DNA from: an uncultured Acidobacteriota bacterium
GTDB taxonomy: Bacteria > Acidobacteriota > UBA6911
Direction of reading: 5' to 3'
Assembly: GCA_963827655.1 (NCBI GenBank)
Contig: CAWHCF010000013.1
Location: forward strand, 32,001-96,000
Length of the DNA: 64,000 bases
In this document: piece by piece, positions 50,889 through 62,570 of the stretch
How positions within the stretch are numbered: position 1 is the first letter of the stretch
Layout of the letters: every line of letters begins with the position of its first letter
Made by a program: the position numbers and the translations under genes
The notes under the pieces: generated by a model
What the model was told of the DNA's origin: nothing
Databases searched by the model: none
The model's input: only the letters and a program-made list of their open reading frames with translations

Positions 50889-51374
50889 TTATTGGGGCTC
50901 CTCGTCGTCACTCAAGTCGAACCGCGCGCGCAACGCCGCGGCATCTTGCCGATCAAGGGGGCGGACCGTATCTTTCTTTAGCCGGTAAAGCGCTTTAGGC
51001 GTAGCGATGCGCACGCGAATGCCCTCCACATCCTTGACCTCGGCGTCGACGGTATCGAAGTTCGCGGCTTCGCCGAGACGAGTCATTACATCGAAAAAGA
51101 GATCGCCGCTTGGAGGGTAATAGCGCAGGGCAGGATAGTCTCCCATCAGGTCCACCGCCTTGATCTCGTCAATGTGCGGATCATCGGCATAGGCTTTTCG
51201 GAATGCCCTCCGGAGTCGCTCGATGTTTGCCTCTGTCGCTCGAATCAACAGGTCGACATCCTCAGTCGCACGAATCAGTCCATGAAAGCCCATCGCCGTG
51301 GCGCCTATCAGGACATATTCCAGCCCTTCGGACTCGAACGACCTGAAGACGCGTAACATATCGTCGCGAATCAC
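50889..51374 (-). CDS. Nucleotidyltransferase-like protein (MNT/AbiEii-like)
   Basis: YVLIGATA, HG..RATEDVD and K..TVRPLD..D motifs. Confidence 0.75.
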   Translation of the reverse strand: MIRDDMLRVFRSFESEGLEYVLIGATAMGFHGLIRATEDVDLLIRATEANIERLRRAFRKAYADDPHIDEIKAVDLMGDYPALRYYPPSGDLFFDVMTRLGEAANFDTVDAEVKDVEGIRVRIATPKALYRLKKDTVRPLDRQDAAALRARFDLSDDEEPQ

Positions 51375-51547
51375 CCGCTTATACTACTGCTGCCGCTGGA
51401 TAATTTCTTGCTCAATTCGAAACAGGAGCCCTCAGTCGGCCGCGTTGGGGAGGCGGGAAGGCGGCGGCAGGAGCGGTCGGTTGTTGCCGGGAGTGCTGGA
51501 CAGAGCCGGAGAGAGCCGCCGGAGCGTCCAATGTCAAACCTCCCGAA

Positions 51548-54252
51548 CTATTCCGCGCGCAGCGCCGTGAGCGGTTCGACGCGCGCTGCCCGCCAAGCCG
51601 GTATTACGCAGGCGATGAGCGCAGCCGCAGCCAGTACCGCCGGAACGGTGACAAAGGTGACGAGGTCGTACTGGTTCGTTTGATAGAGCAGCGAGGCCAC
51701 GAACCGGGTGAGGCCGAGGGAGACGACAAGGCCGGCCGCGAGGCCCAGCGCGACTAGTTGTGCGCCCTGTGCCACGATCATTCGCATTACCGTGCGCCGC
51801 TCGGCACCGAGGGCCAGCCGCACGGCGATCTCCCTGGTCCGCTGCGTGATCGTGAATGCAAGGAGGCCGTAGAGACCGATCGAAGCGAGGAACAACGCGA
51901 CCGCGGCGAACGCTCCTACGAGCAGCGTACTGAAGCGTTGAGGCGCGACAATATCGCTGACCTGTTGGTCCATCAGCTCGATGTGCTGTATCGCCAAGTC
52001 TCGATCGAGATTGGAAATCGCCTGCCGAATCAGTGCTACCAGTGCGCGCGGTTCACCCTGAACAAGGACGGCTGCTTTCACGTCACGGCCGAACTGATTC
52101 ACGGCGCCATTGAGAAAGAAATCGGGAAACTGCCGGAACGGCTCGTACGCGTGGATCCCCGGCTCTGCGCCGATCGGACCATCAGCAACATTACCTGCGA
52201 CGCCGACAACCGTCAGCCACGGAGTCTGGCTCGCAGCGATCCCCCACTTCAATCTCCTGCCGACCGGATCCTGTCCCGGCCAGAACAGATCAGCCAGCTT
52301 CTCGTTGATGATCACGACCCTGCGGTTTTGTCCGTGCTCGTCGTTGTTAAAGAATCGGCCTCGTCTGAGCGTCATTCCAAGGGTCTCGAAGTATGGGCCA
52401 TGCACCCACGTCAGGTGCGTCGTCGGCTGCGCGCCGTCGGGAATGTTCGCGCCTTCGGGTGTAAACGCGCGTCGCTCGTACGTCGTCAGCGGAAGATCCG
52501 TGGCCAAGGCCACGGATCGCACCCCTGGGAGAGCCAACAGGCTCCGGTAGAGCGACTCATGAAACGTGCGCACGCTGGTTGCCGTTGCGTAGAACGTTCG
52601 CGGCAGCGTCATCGACGCGGCGACCACCTGCGCCGGTCGGAAGCCCATATCGGTTGACATCAGCGTCCCGAAACTCCGAATGAAGAGCCCCGCTGCTACC
52701 AGGAGCACGAACGCGAGTCCTACGGTCGACACGACGAAACCGCGCTGGATACGAAGCTTCCTGGGTGCGAGCGTCGTTCGGGGCGTGTCGTCGCGTAGCG
52801 AGTTGCCCGGACTGCCACGGCCCAAGCGTTGTCAGCGGAAGGAGTGCGAAGATGACGGCCGTGGCGAGACACATCACGCCGGTAAAAGCGAGGACGCGAA
52901 GATCGATCGCGACATCGTGAAGGCCCGGAATCGTCCGCGCAATGACCGACGGAATTGCTTTAACGGCCCAGTAGGCGGTTGTAATTCCAGTCACACCTCC
53001 GGCCGCGGAAAGCAACAACGCCTCGCACAAGAGCAACTGGACGAGCCGACTCCGGCGAGCGCCGAGCGCCGTCCGCACGGCGAACTCGCGCGACCGACCG
53101 GCGACACGACTCAGAATGAGGTTTGCGACATTGGCACACGCGACCAACAGGACAAGCCCCACCGCGGCCATGAGCATCAGCAGCGGCGCTTCGAATTGCC
53201 CAGAAATTTCCTCGCGCAGCGGCTGCGCCGCGAGTCGCGGTGAAAATCCGACGTTGCGGAGCATGGGCGGATAGTTCTCAGCGATCTGTCCGGCGAGCAC
53301 ATCCAACTCCGCCCGAGCCGCCTGGAGCGAGATTCCGTCCTTCAGTCGCGCGATGACACTGTTGTTGTGCATGCTTGCGCGTTCAGCGCGTTCTCGGTCC
53401 GTAAATGCGATCGGCACCCAGATATCTGCGGGCTGACTGTTGAATTGAGAACCACGCCGCGGAAACACAAATGTCGCTGGCATGATCCCGATCACGGTGT
53501 ACGGCTGGCGATCGAGCTGTATGCTCTGACCGACAATGGAGGGATTGGCGGCATAGCGCCTCTGCCACAGGCCCCAGCTCAGAATGGCAACATTCACGCC
53601 GGGACGATCCTCTGCCATCGAGAACGAGCGGCCGACAGTCGGCCCAATTCCCAGCGTGCGAAACAGATCGGCGGAGACCTTCGCGCCTTCTATACGTTCC
53701 GGATTATCGCCACCCGAGACTTCGAATGGGACATTCCGATATGCTGCAGCTCTCTCGAACGACTGCTGATATCTTCGGAAATCGTCGAAATCCAAGGCGG
53801 AGAAGGGGAACCTGTCGATGCCACGTTGCTGAAAATCCTTCTTGCACCGACACGAGCCGGTCCTCGTCGGTATATCCGAGCGGGCGAATCAGTGCGGCAT
53901 TGATGATGCTGAAGAAGGCCGTGTTCGCACCGATGCCGAGGCCGAGTGTGAGGACAACGACGAAGGCAAACCCGCGGCTGCGCCGAAGCGTCCGCGCGGC
54001 ATACCTGAGATCCTGAACCAGAGTGCTCATTCTCGGGGCGAACGCCCATGCCTCACGCAGGTCTTCCCGAACCTTTGTGACGTTGCCAAACCGCCGGTGC
54101 GCGTCGGCACCAGCATTGATTGCTCCGGACGTACGAAGCTGATCCTCTCGCATAGCGAGGTGAAACGCCACTTCGTCCTGGAGGTCTTGCTCCGACTGCC
54201 GCCGCAGGAGCGCCGACAGACGAAGACGCAGACTGTTCAGCCACTCAGTCAC
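51548..54252 (-). CDS. ADOP-type ABC transporter permease (frameshifts at about 53820 and 52820)
   Basis: QDLRYAAR, LGLGIGANTA, LLVACANVANL, REFAVRTALGA, QRTREI and PAWRAARVEP, spread over three ORFs. Confidence 0.88.
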
Positions 54253-54265
54253 GCCTCTCCTCCAA

Positions 54266-54607
54266 TCAGGCGCCTTGCAGTACGCGGTCTATCGCCACAC
54301 TGGTGCGGCGCCACGACTCCGTCGTGTCCTTCAGGCGCTTCCGGCCGCTTGCGGTGAGCCGGTAATACTTGGCTCGACGGTTGTTGGCTGAGACGTCCCA
54401 TTCCGCCGTCAGCAGTCCACGCAGCTCCAGCCGATGCAACGCCGGATACAACGCGCCCTCTTGCACGGAAAGCGCCTCGGCGGAAGCCACATGAATCCAT
54501 TCGGCGATCTCGTACCCGTGCTTCTGGCCGGTGGCGAGCGTTCTGAGAATCAGCAGCTCTAACGTGCCCTGCAACAGGTCGGCCGGCTTGCTCGGATCTG
54601 CTCCCAT
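54266..54607 (-). CDS. PadR family transcriptional regulator (acidobacterial type)
   Basis: LLQGTLELLIL, HGYEI, GALYPALHRLE and NNRRAKYYRLT motifs. Confidence 0.93.
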   Translation of the reverse strand: MGADPSKPADLLQGTLELLILRTLATGQKHGYEIAEWIHVASAEALSVQEGALYPALHRLELRGLLTAEWDVSANNRRAKYYRLTASGRKRLKDTTESWRRTSVAIDRVLQGA

Positions 54608-54613
54608 AACACC

Positions 54614-54638
54614 CTTAGGGCAGCAAGTATCCCCTAAG
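54614..54638. promoter_or_regulatory. Inverted repeat upstream of padR, possible operator
   Basis: CTTAGGG-N11-CCCTAAG immediately 5' of the start codon. Confidence 0.35.
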
Positions 54639-54924
54639 ATGCTTATGTGAGTCAACTAGGATGTGACAGTATCTCGGGGACCCTGGCGAGTAGCGAGAAA
54701 ATCGACGTAGTGAACAGTGGGTCTTCGCAAACAAATACGGCAATCGAAAGACCCGACGATACCAGGTGCGGTCAGCTCAATGCACGCACCCTTGCCGAAA
54801 GCTCACGCTTCGCCGAACCAGGGCGGTAGCAAGCTCTGAACCTTACACGGAAGTGCCGCACCTTTCGGCGCTCAGCAACTGCGCTTCTTGTTGTCCCGGC
54901 CTCACGAGACGTCTCGAACTCAGA

Positions 54925-55035
54925 TTACCCTGGTAAGCGAAGCGCAGCCCTGGCGGTAGGGATTTATAGTCAATGCGCCCTGAAGGGGCGCCGGAGCAAT
55001 GATAGCGCATCCGGCATGCCCTAGCCGGGCAACGT
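54925..55035. repeat. REP-like hairpin cluster
   Basis: CCCTGGTAAGCGAAGCGCAGCCCTGG, GCGCCCTGAAGGGGCGC and GCCCTAGCCGGGC. Confidence 0.5.
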
Positions 55036-55199
55036 CTCTTATGCCCTGTCGTGACCGGAGGGCTTAGACAGCTCCGCTTGCCCCCGGATCTGAATGTCCT
55101 TTGCGACGCTCTCATGGGCGCGAGATTGACATAACCAATCAGGTCTGGCACCGACTTGCGTGTAAGGTTAACAGCAAGCTACCGCACTGCACGTGCGCC

Positions 55200-56616
55200 T
55201 TAGAGAAACAGTTCTTCAAATCCCTCGGCGTGGGCGTCAAACCAATCAGCCAGTCTTTGCGTCTGTGGCGATACCGTCGGCGCTTGCCGGCACAATTCCT
55301 ATCTCCCTCAAGACTCCCGGATCTTCGAAAGCGCCGTGCAGGTAAGTCCCGATCACTCGCTCGCGGCGGAACCCTTCCGCCCGCCCGTCGCTCAATACCG
55401 CGAAAGGCGAGTCGTGGTCGGCGCGTGGCGTGGTCTCGCCGATGTGAATCTCGTAGGCGGAAAACAAATGTCCCTGCGGGGTATGGGCGTTTACCACGCG
55501 GGTGGTCTTTTCCTTGAGCAAGACTGTTCGTGTCGGAAGCAGGCCAAGGCCGGCGATCTCGACCCGGCCGGATTCCATTCCGTAGGGGTCGGCAATGACA
55601 TGCCCCAGCATTTGAAGGCCTCCACAGATTCCGATGATCGTCGCGCCGCCTCGGTGCTGGGTTTGAATCCAATCGGACAGCCCTCTCTCTTGCAGCCACA
55701 GCAGGTCCTCGATCGTGTTCTTGGTTCCGGGCAAGAATATAAAGTCGAAGGCTTCGTCAACGGGACGATCCAACCACCGTGCCCGAGGCATTAGGCGGAA
55801 ATCGGTCGTGTTCGAGATCCTGGGGAGGCGAACAATCGCGCACCGGCATCCGGCAGGCTGCTCCATTCGGGCGCTGTGGGACGGAACCGACAAGCTGTCT
55901 TCGTCATCCAGTCGAATGTCTTCGGCGAAGGGAAACACCCCCAGGCAGGGACAAGCGGTTTTTTCCTCGAGAATGCGACGTCCCTCATCGAACAAAGACC
56001 GATCGCCTCTGAATTTGTTCAGTGCGAAGGCGCGAAGCAGCGATCGCTCCGGTTGCGTGAGCAGATGGACCGTTCCAATGATAGACGCAAAGACGCCGCC
56101 GCGCTCGATATCGCTCACCAGCAACCAGGGAGCGGAGAGGCGGGTCACAAGCCCAAGATTCACAAGATCCCACGGGCGCAAGTTCAACTCCGTTACGCTG
56201 CCGGCTCCCTCGACCACGACGACTTCAAACCGGGCGGCGAGGTTTTCGTACGCCTCCATGACGTTGGCCAGCAGGAAGTCGTAGTGCTCGTAGTAGGCGC
56301 GCGCCGGAAGAGTCTGCCAGATCTTGCCATTCACGATGACCTGGCTCCCTCCGCCCGAGTTGGGCTTGAGCAGGATGGGATTCATGGATGGTTCCGGTTC
56401 CAGGCCGCAGGCCCACGCTTGCGCCGCTTGAGCCCGGCCGATTTCACCGCCGCCGCGGCAAGGGTAGGAATTGTTGGACATGTTCTGGGCTTTGAAGGGG
56501 GCCACGCGAACGCCGCGCCGGCGCAGCCAGGCGCAGATCGCCGTGGCCATCCAGCTTTTCCCTGAATGAGAAGAAGTGCCACCCACGAAAATCGGCTTGG
56601 CGCGGGGCCCGGTCAT
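55200..56616 (-). CDS. cobQ: Cobyric acid synthase (probable frameshift near 55270)
   Basis: GTSSHSGKS, PFKAQNMSNN, EIGRAQ, MNPILLKP, EGAGS, DIERGG, LPGTK, ICGGLQMLG and GTYLHG; an alternative frame ends QRLADWFDAHAEGFEELFL*. Confidence 0.93.
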
Positions 56617-56662
56617 CGTTGCAATGCTCCCTTGTTCCGATTGGGGCGCGAATTTCGAACGG

Positions 56663-57640
56663 CTAGAACCTCTTGCGGACCAGCCAGACCAGGTAAGGTC
56701 CGCCGATGATTGCCAGAACTGCGCCGGCGGGCAGTTCGGCCGGTACCAGGACCACGCGGCCGATGGTATCGCAACAGGCCAGCAGCACGCCGCCGAGCAG
56801 AAAAGAGCAGGGCATGAGGATGCGATTATCCGGGCTGATCCGCGAGCGCACCAGGTGGGGAACAATCAGTCCGACGAAGCCGATCGGCCCCGTCAATGCG
56901 ATAGCCCCGGCGGTCAAGACCGAACCGCAGAGATAGCCCGTGCTCATGACCCGCCGGACGTCGACACCACGGGCAGCGGCCCAGGACTCCCCCACCGCCA
57001 TCAGGTTCCAGTCCCGAGCGCGGAGAATAAGAATCGCCGAGGCGGCGACGACCGTGGCGGCAAAGACCAACAGCGCGCGGTAGCTAACCGAATCGACGCT
57101 CCCCAGCAACCATTGCGTGATCGAGAACGAACGGCGCTCGGGAACGACGCTGTAAATCAGCAATATGAATGCGGAACAGATGCTATTGAGCGAAACGCCG
57201 GAAAGAAGCAAGCGGACCCCGGACAGCTGGCCGCCCTTGAACGAAGCCCCGGCCACAATGGCAAGTACGGCCGCCGCGCCCGCCAGTGCTCCGGCCCAGG
57301 AAGCGGGAAAACCCAGAATCCGGTCCAGGTTGAGCGCCAGGGTGAGGACGGCCCCGAGCGCCGCCCCCGCGGAAACGCCGAGAGTGTACGGGGTGGCCAG
57401 CGACTCGCGGAGCATGGCCTGGAAAAGGCTTCCGGTCACGGAAAGCGCGCCCCCGGCGAGCAGACCGAGAAGCGTTCGTGAGAGCCGAAGCTCAATCAGG
57501 ATCGGATAGTCGGGGACCTGCCGGGCCAGGACGCGCTGGATGGTAATGGTGCCCGGTCCGACCCAGGGTAACAGGACGGCCGCCAGCAGGAAGGCTGCGC
57601 TGCATCCGACGATCCAGCCCGTCGCCTGAGGCACTCTCAT
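56663..57640 (-). CDS. Cobalamin/iron ABC transporter permease (BtuC/FecCD)
   Basis: LRLSR, LATPYTLGVSAGA, WLLGS, GPIGFVGLIVPH and ELPAG motifs. Confidence 0.9.
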   Translation of the reverse strand: MRVPQATGWIVGCSAAFLLAAVLLPWVGPGTITIQRVLARQVPDYPILIELRLSRTLLGLLAGGALSVTGSLFQAMLRESLATPYTLGVSAGAALGAVLTLALNLDRILGFPASWAGALAGAAAVLAIVAGASFKGGQLSGVRLLLSGVSLNSICSAFILLIYSVVPERRSFSITQWLLGSVDSVSYRALLVFAATVVAASAILILRARDWNLMAVGESWAAARGVDVRRVMSTGYLCGSVLTAGAIALTGPIGFVGLIVPHLVRSRISPDNRILMPCSFLLGGVLLACCDTIGRVVLVPAELPAGAVLAIIGGPYLVWLVRKRF

Positions 57641-58404
57641 TGATATAACACCCACGGCCTTCCTTCCGGCGTCCGGGCCAGCTTGAGCCGGGGTGAAAGA
57701 TACTCGAGCCACGCCGGTTCGCGGGCCGCCTGTTCCACGGGAACGTCTGCCGCGATGCGGCCGTCGTGCAGCACCAATAAACGCGTGCAGTGGGCAAGCG
57801 CCAGATTCAGGTCATGAGTGACGGCGATGCAAAGAGCGCCGTCCCGTGCGACGGTTGCCAGCGTCGAGAAGCACTGCAGCTGTTGATCGACGTCCAGGTA
57901 GGTGGATGGCTCATCGAATAGCAGAATTCTGGGGCCTTGCGCCAGGCAGGCAGCCAGGAGAACCCGTTGCTTTTCTCCGCCGCTCAGAGACGAGTAGAGT
58001 CGGTGTTTGAACGCGAGGCATCCCATCTTCAGCATGGCGTCGTCCGCATGCGACCTGTCGTCGTCCGACTCGAACCATCGATCCGCGTGCGGGTATCGGC
58101 CCATCAGGACAACCTGCTCCACGGTGAAGGGAAGCTCATTCCTGACTCCCTGCGGCAGATGGCTGATCCAATGGGATCGGTCGCGCGCGGACAATTCCGA
58201 CAAATGCCGCCCGTCCAGCTTCACCGATCCTGAACCGGGGATGCGAAGACCCGCGATGATATCGAGGAGCGTGCTCTTTCCGGCTCCGTTCAGCCCGAGC
58301 AGCACCAGGAATTCTCCGGGCGCGGCCGCGAGTTGCACGGATTTCAGGATGACCCGCGAGGCGTAGCGGAACCCGACGTCCCTGACCTCCATCAAGGCGG
58401 TCAT
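57637..58404 (-). CDS. ABC transporter ATP-binding protein (BtuD/FecE)
   Basis: GLNGAGKST, LSGGEKQR, DEP and HDLN motifs. Confidence 0.92.
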   Translation of the reverse strand: MTALMEVRDVGFRYASRVILKSVQLAAAPGEFLVLLGLNGAGKSTLLDIIAGLRIPGSGSVKLDGRHLSELSARDRSHWISHLPQGVRNELPFTVEQVVLMGRYPHADRWFESDDDRSHADDAMLKMGCLAFKHRLYSSLSGGEKQRVLLAACLAQGPRILLFDEPSTYLDVDQQLQCFSTLATVARDGALCIAVTHDLNLALAHCTRLLVLHDGRIAADVPVEQAAREPAWLEYLSPRLKLARTPEGRPWVLYQ

Positions 58405-59261
58405 CGCCCGCCACTCTCCCGAATAGGCTTCCTCATCAACTCCACTGCGTCAACTACGCGAGGGCCGGGCACCACCAGCGCCTCGGACGTAATGGCAACC
58501 ACTCGACCGTTACGCACGGCGCTCAGCTCCTTATGCTGCAGCCATGGTTCCCTCATGCGCTCCTGCATCATCTGCGCGTCTTGCTTGAGGTCGCCCATTC
58601 CCGAGGCGTCGAGGATCAGATCCGGATCGAGCCGGACCACGGTCTCGAGCGAGATGCGCGGGTAGGGAATCAGATTCGAGTCAGCCAGGATGTTGCGGCC
58701 TCCGGCAATTTCCAGAAGCTCTCCCAGATAGGCCGTGGGTCCGGCGCCAATCATGTTTGTCAGCCGGCCCGGGTCTTTGCCGACCAGGAGCAGCACTGAA
58801 GGCTTTCGAGCGCCTTGCGCCTCGCCCTGGATGGCATCCAGCCGGGAGCGGATGTTCTGAACCAGTCGCTCCGCCTGAACCGTCGCGCCCGCCGCCCGCC
58901 CGATCTCCCGAATGCCGACGTACACCTCGGAGAGAGAGGTTTGATTTACCTCGACGAATCGAATACCCAGCGCTGTCAGTCGGCCGGAAAGCGTGGCGGA
59001 CCCGGAATGAATGATGGCCAGATCCGGCCGTAGCAGAGCGATCTTTTCCGGATCGGGCCTGGCATAGGTTCCGACTTTCGGCAGGCGCGAAACTTCCGGC
59101 GGGTAGCGGCAATAGGTCGACACGCCAACGACGTGGTTCCCCACTCCAAGGGCGAACAGGGTTTCGGTAATGCTGGGAGAAGTCGAAACGATCCGCATCG
59201 GCTGCCCGAAAGCCGCCAGTGTCACAAGCACCCAGCCGATGAAGAGAAGTTTCTTTTTCAT
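58401..59261 (-). CDS. Periplasmic cobalamin-binding protein (BtuF-like)
   Basis: Signal peptide; RIVSTSPSITETLFALG, YCRYP, AGGRN and PGPR motifs. Confidence 0.88.
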   Translation of the reverse strand: MKKKLLFIGWVLVTLAAFGQPMRIVSTSPSITETLFALGVGNHVVGVSTYCRYPPEVSRLPKVGTYARPDPEKIALLRPDLAIIHSGSATLSGRLTALGIRFVEVNQTSLSEVYVGIREIGRAAGATVQAERLVQNIRSRLDAIQGEAQGARKPSVLLLVGKDPGRLTNMIGAGPTAYLGELLEIAGGRNILADSNLIPYPRISLETVVRLDPDLILDASGMGDLKQDAQMMQERMREPWLQHKELSAVRNGRVVAITSEALVVPGPRVVDAVELMRKPIRESGGR

Positions 59262-59367
59262 CGCCTCTGAAGACCGTATCCGATTGCGAATGCGGCCTGC
59301 GGATTCAGGCATCCGTGTATTCGCCGCCATTGGTATGCTGGCCGTAAGAACTGTGAAAAAATAGGTC

Positions 59368-59560
59368 TGTGGCACGGCTCAATCAGAGACCGTCGCAAAA
59401 CATTCGAGACCTGTGCGGACGGGCTATCAAGCCCGTCCGGTCCCCAGTCGCGCAATGAACTTCTAATGGTAAGTCTCTCCGATCAAGTTGCTTGCGACGG
59501 GTCAATGACCCGTCGCCACACAGCTCTTGGAAAATATCTAAGCCATGGACCCGTGCCACG
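59368..59560. repeat. REP/REPIN-like cluster
   Basis: Hairpins GGACGGGCTATCAAGCCCGTCC and GCGACGGGTCAATGACCCGTCGC in inverted arrangement, flanked by GTGGCACGG / CCGTGCCAC. Confidence 0.6.
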
Positions 59561-59732
59561 CCCCCATTTTCCTCACACGCTGTGAGACCCCGGATTCTCG
59601 AACAACAGCAAAACAGCCGACCACGAGCACGTGATCGTGGACGTGGCCGGGTTTTTCCTCGCGTGAAGCAAGGTTCGCCAAATCGGCGAAAGACCGAACC
59701 GGCGAGCGCCGTCGTCGCAAGAAACAACCGGC

Positions 59733-60519
59733 TCACGCCTTGTCGCTCCGAGGATGAAAAACGTAGACCGGCTCGCCGCCGGCGGTAGAAAGGGTCTCGG
59801 CGCGCACGCCGAACACGCGCTCCAGCGTTTCGGGCAGAAGCACCCGGTCGCGCTCGCCGCAGTGTGCAATGTGACCGGATTCGATCAGCGCAACGCGGGA
59901 CGCGTAACGGGCCACAGCGTTCAGGTCGTGGGTTGCAAGAGCGACGGACCTGCCTGCGCTCACCAGCTTGCGGCAGAGATCCAGAATGCCCATAGCGTGC
60001 TCGACATCCAGACTGGCCGTGGGCTCGTCGAGCAACACGAAGTCAGGCTCGACCGCCAGACTGCGAGCGATCAGCACCCGCTGGCGCTCGCCGCCGGAAA
60101 GCGTGTTGACGAAGCGGTGGCGCAAGGCGCTGATGTCGCAACACTCCAGAGCCGTCTCGATGGCCGCGCGATCGGCCCGGCCTTCACGCTGGAATCTGCC
60201 TCGGTGCGGGTATCGGCCCATGGCAACCACCTCTTCGACGGTGAAAGCAAAGTCGAGGCGTCCGTCTTGCGGAAGGAAGGCGATGCGCCGCGCGATCTCC
60301 CGCCTTGACAGGCTGCCGATCGGCCGCCGGTCGAGCAGAATAGAACCTGCAGAAATCGGCCATATCCCCGCGAGCGCGCGCAGCAATGTGCTCTTGCCGC
60401 TGCCATTCGGGCCGACGATTGCCAGCAATTCTCCGGGCCCGATCCGCAGGTCGATCCTGTTCGAGAATGGAGCGTTCGCCGCGCTTGACGGCGACCAGGC
60501 TGGCCTCGAGCAGGTTCAT
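59733..60519 (-). CDS. ABC transporter ATP-binding protein (frameshift near 60450)
   Basis: GPNGSGKST, LSGGERQR, DEPT and HDLN; N-terminus MNLLEASL is ATGA-coupled to the permease. Confidence 0.88.
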
Positions 60520-61568
60520 AGGCCGCTGGCCTCGCGCTGGCGTCTCATCAGGAGCGCGATGAAGACGGGACCTCCGCAAAGCGCGGTAACAACACCCAGG
60601 CGAATCTCGACCGGCGGATGGATGGTACGGGCGGCGAGGTCGCAGAGGACCAGGAAGGCCGCGCCCGCAAGCGCGCCCGCCGGAAGCAATGCTCGATTCG
60701 ACGGCCCCACGAGAAGACGCACGCCGTGGGGCACGACCAACCCGACGAATCCGACCAGGCCGGCGACCGCCACACACGCGCCGGTGAGCATGGCCGCCGT
60801 AAGAGTAATGAATCGTTTGGACGCTTCGACGTCCACTCCGAAGGAAGCGGCGGTCTCTTCGCCCTGTTGCATCAGGTCCAGGTCACGGGCCTGCAGCATC
60901 GCGGCCGAGAGACCGAGCACGACAAATGGAGCGCACAGCCAGAAGTGCGTCCACGAGCGTGCGTCCAGTCCCCCCATCATCCAGAAAACGATTTCCTGAG
61001 CAATCTGCCAGTTAACGATATTGAGCGACAGGAGCAGGCTGGATACCGCCGTGAGCAAAGAGCCGGCAGCAATCCCGGCCAGCAGCAGCGTTCCTACCGC
61101 CGTAACGCCTCCGCGGGTCGCCATGCCGTACACGAGAACCAGATGCGACCAACGCCCCCACCATGGCTGCGAGCGGCAGCGACACGACACGATCCGTGCG
61201 CTCCAGCCGGTCACGAAGGAGATGACGGCTCCCAGCACCGCGCCGGAGCCGGCGCCGACCAGGCCGGGCTCCGCCAGCGGATTGCGGAACAGAGCCTGCA
61301 TGACGGTTCCGCCGGTCGCCAGCCCCATTCCCACGAAGGCTGCCACCAGCACACGCGGGACTCGAATCTGCCATACCACCACGATATCGGCTGGCGTGAC
61401 GCCGTGCGGGTCGATCCACCCGGTGGGCAGGAGGTTCAGCCCGCCCACCTGCAGAATGGTGCGCCATGAAATCGGCGTGCTGCCGATTGCGATCGCGGTG
61501 AGAAGGCTCAGGAACAGGAGTGGCAGAAGCGCAGCGTAGAAGACCCCCAGGCGTACGTGCCTATCCAT
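60516..61568 (-). CDS. ABC transporter permease (FecCD/BtuC), with a local compensated frameshift at about 61145-61190
   Basis: IRVPRV, FRNPLAEP, WMMGG and GFVGLVVPH motifs. Confidence 0.88.
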   Translation of the reverse strand: MDRHVRLGVFYAALLPLLFLSLLTAIAIGSTPISWRTILQVGGLNLLPTGWIDPHGVTPADIVVVWQIRVPRVLVAAFVGMGLATGGTVMQALFRNPLAEPGLVGAGSGAVLGAVISFVTGWSARIVSCRCRSQPWWGRWSHLVLVYGMATRGGVTAVGTLLLAGIAAGSLLTAVSSLLLSLNIVNWQIAQEIVFWMMGGLDARSWTHFWLCAPFVVLGLSAAMLQARDLDLMQQGEETAASFGVDVEASKRFITLTAAMLTGACVAVAGLVGFVGLVVPHGVRLLVGPSNRALLPAGALAGAAFLVLCDLAARTIHPPVEIRLGVVTALCGGPVFIALLMRRQREASGL

Positions 61569-62553
61569 AGAGAGCCTCCGCCAGCGCGGCGACCAGGCGG
61601 GTCGTGAATGGCGACAGGGGAAGCAGGACGCGGTTTTCGAAGACGAGAATGTGACCTTCGCGCGCGGCCTGAGTGAGCGCGATTGCCGGATCTGCGAGCA
61701 GCCGGGCCCGGACTTCTTGTTCGCGGCCCGGGTCGGCTCCCGATACGATCCACTCCGGATTCCACCGGACGATCTGTTCGCTATTGACGGCGTGGGAGCC
61801 TGTGAGCCCGCCTTCCGCGGCCACATTGATGGCGCCCAGTGTGCGAACGATCTCGTCGAAGACCGTCTGGCTGCCCCAGCCGTAATGTCCGGAGATCCCC
61901 AGGATACGCGGCCGAGGCGCGTTCGGCGGCCGCCTGGCTTTCGCGGCCTCGATGGCGGCCCAGAAGCGTTTTACTTCCGCATCTGCAGTGAGGTCCTCTC
62001 CTGTCAGGTACCCGGTCAGACGAATCGTCTCCGCCAGTTCTTCGAGTGTCGTGAACATCGTGAATGCGCGGTAGATTGGCATCCCGGCCGAACGCACGAT
62101 CGCACAGTAATCCGCGCGGGAACTGTTGGATACGATCAGCAGATCCGGACTGAGCCGGAGGACTCGTTCCAGATCCGTGGCAATCGCGGGCCGGAACCGT
62201 TGAACGTGGTGATAAACGTTGCTGATGCTGGGAAGATAGGCGGTTTCGCTTACCGCGATCACGTGCTCCGGCGGGGCGACGCTGTAGACGTAATCGTCAA
62301 TCGACCAGTATTGCGAGACTATGCGTCGCGCGGGTCCGGGAACGCTGACGGTGAAGGCGTCACTGTCGATGGCCTCGCGCGGATACTCCTGGCCGCCGGT
62401 TCGAATAGCGGGGCTGCCGGGCCAATCGCTCTGCCAGGCCGCCCGGATTCCCCCGACGGGCGAGGCGAAGTGCTGCACGGCGCCGGCAACGATTCCCGTC
62501 AACGCCATTAATACCAAAGACGGCCATACACCAGCGAGACTGCGGGAGTGCAT
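61561..62553 (-). CDS. ABC transporter substrate-binding protein (class III, BtuF/HmuT-like)
   Basis: PARRIVS, LERVLRLSPDL, GAINVA and EQIVRWNPE motifs. Confidence 0.85.
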   Translation of the reverse strand: MHSRSLAGVWPSLVLMALTGIVAGAVQHFASPVGGIRAAWQSDWPGSPAIRTGGQEYPREAIDSDAFTVSVPGPARRIVSQYWSIDDYVYSVAPPEHVIAVSETAYLPSISNVYHHVQRFRPAIATDLERVLRLSPDLLIVSNSSRADYCAIVRSAGMPIYRAFTMFTTLEELAETIRLTGYLTGEDLTADAEVKRFWAAIEAAKARRPPNAPRPRILGISGHYGWGSQTVFDEIVRTLGAINVAAEGGLTGSHAVNSEQIVRWNPEWIVSGADPGREQEVRARLLADPAIALTQAAREGHILVFENRVLLPLSPFTTRLVAALAEALYG

Positions 62554-62570
62554 CTCGTCGATCCTTGCTG

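Noticed and set aside
54843-55151. 102-aa ORF downstream of cobQ
   Set aside because: No recognisable features; it overlaps REP-like hairpins.
59262-59732. A second cobalamin riboswitch before the BtuF-like gene
   Set aside because: I could not find the B12 box or a GCCAGGAGACC-like core; the hairpins look REP-like.
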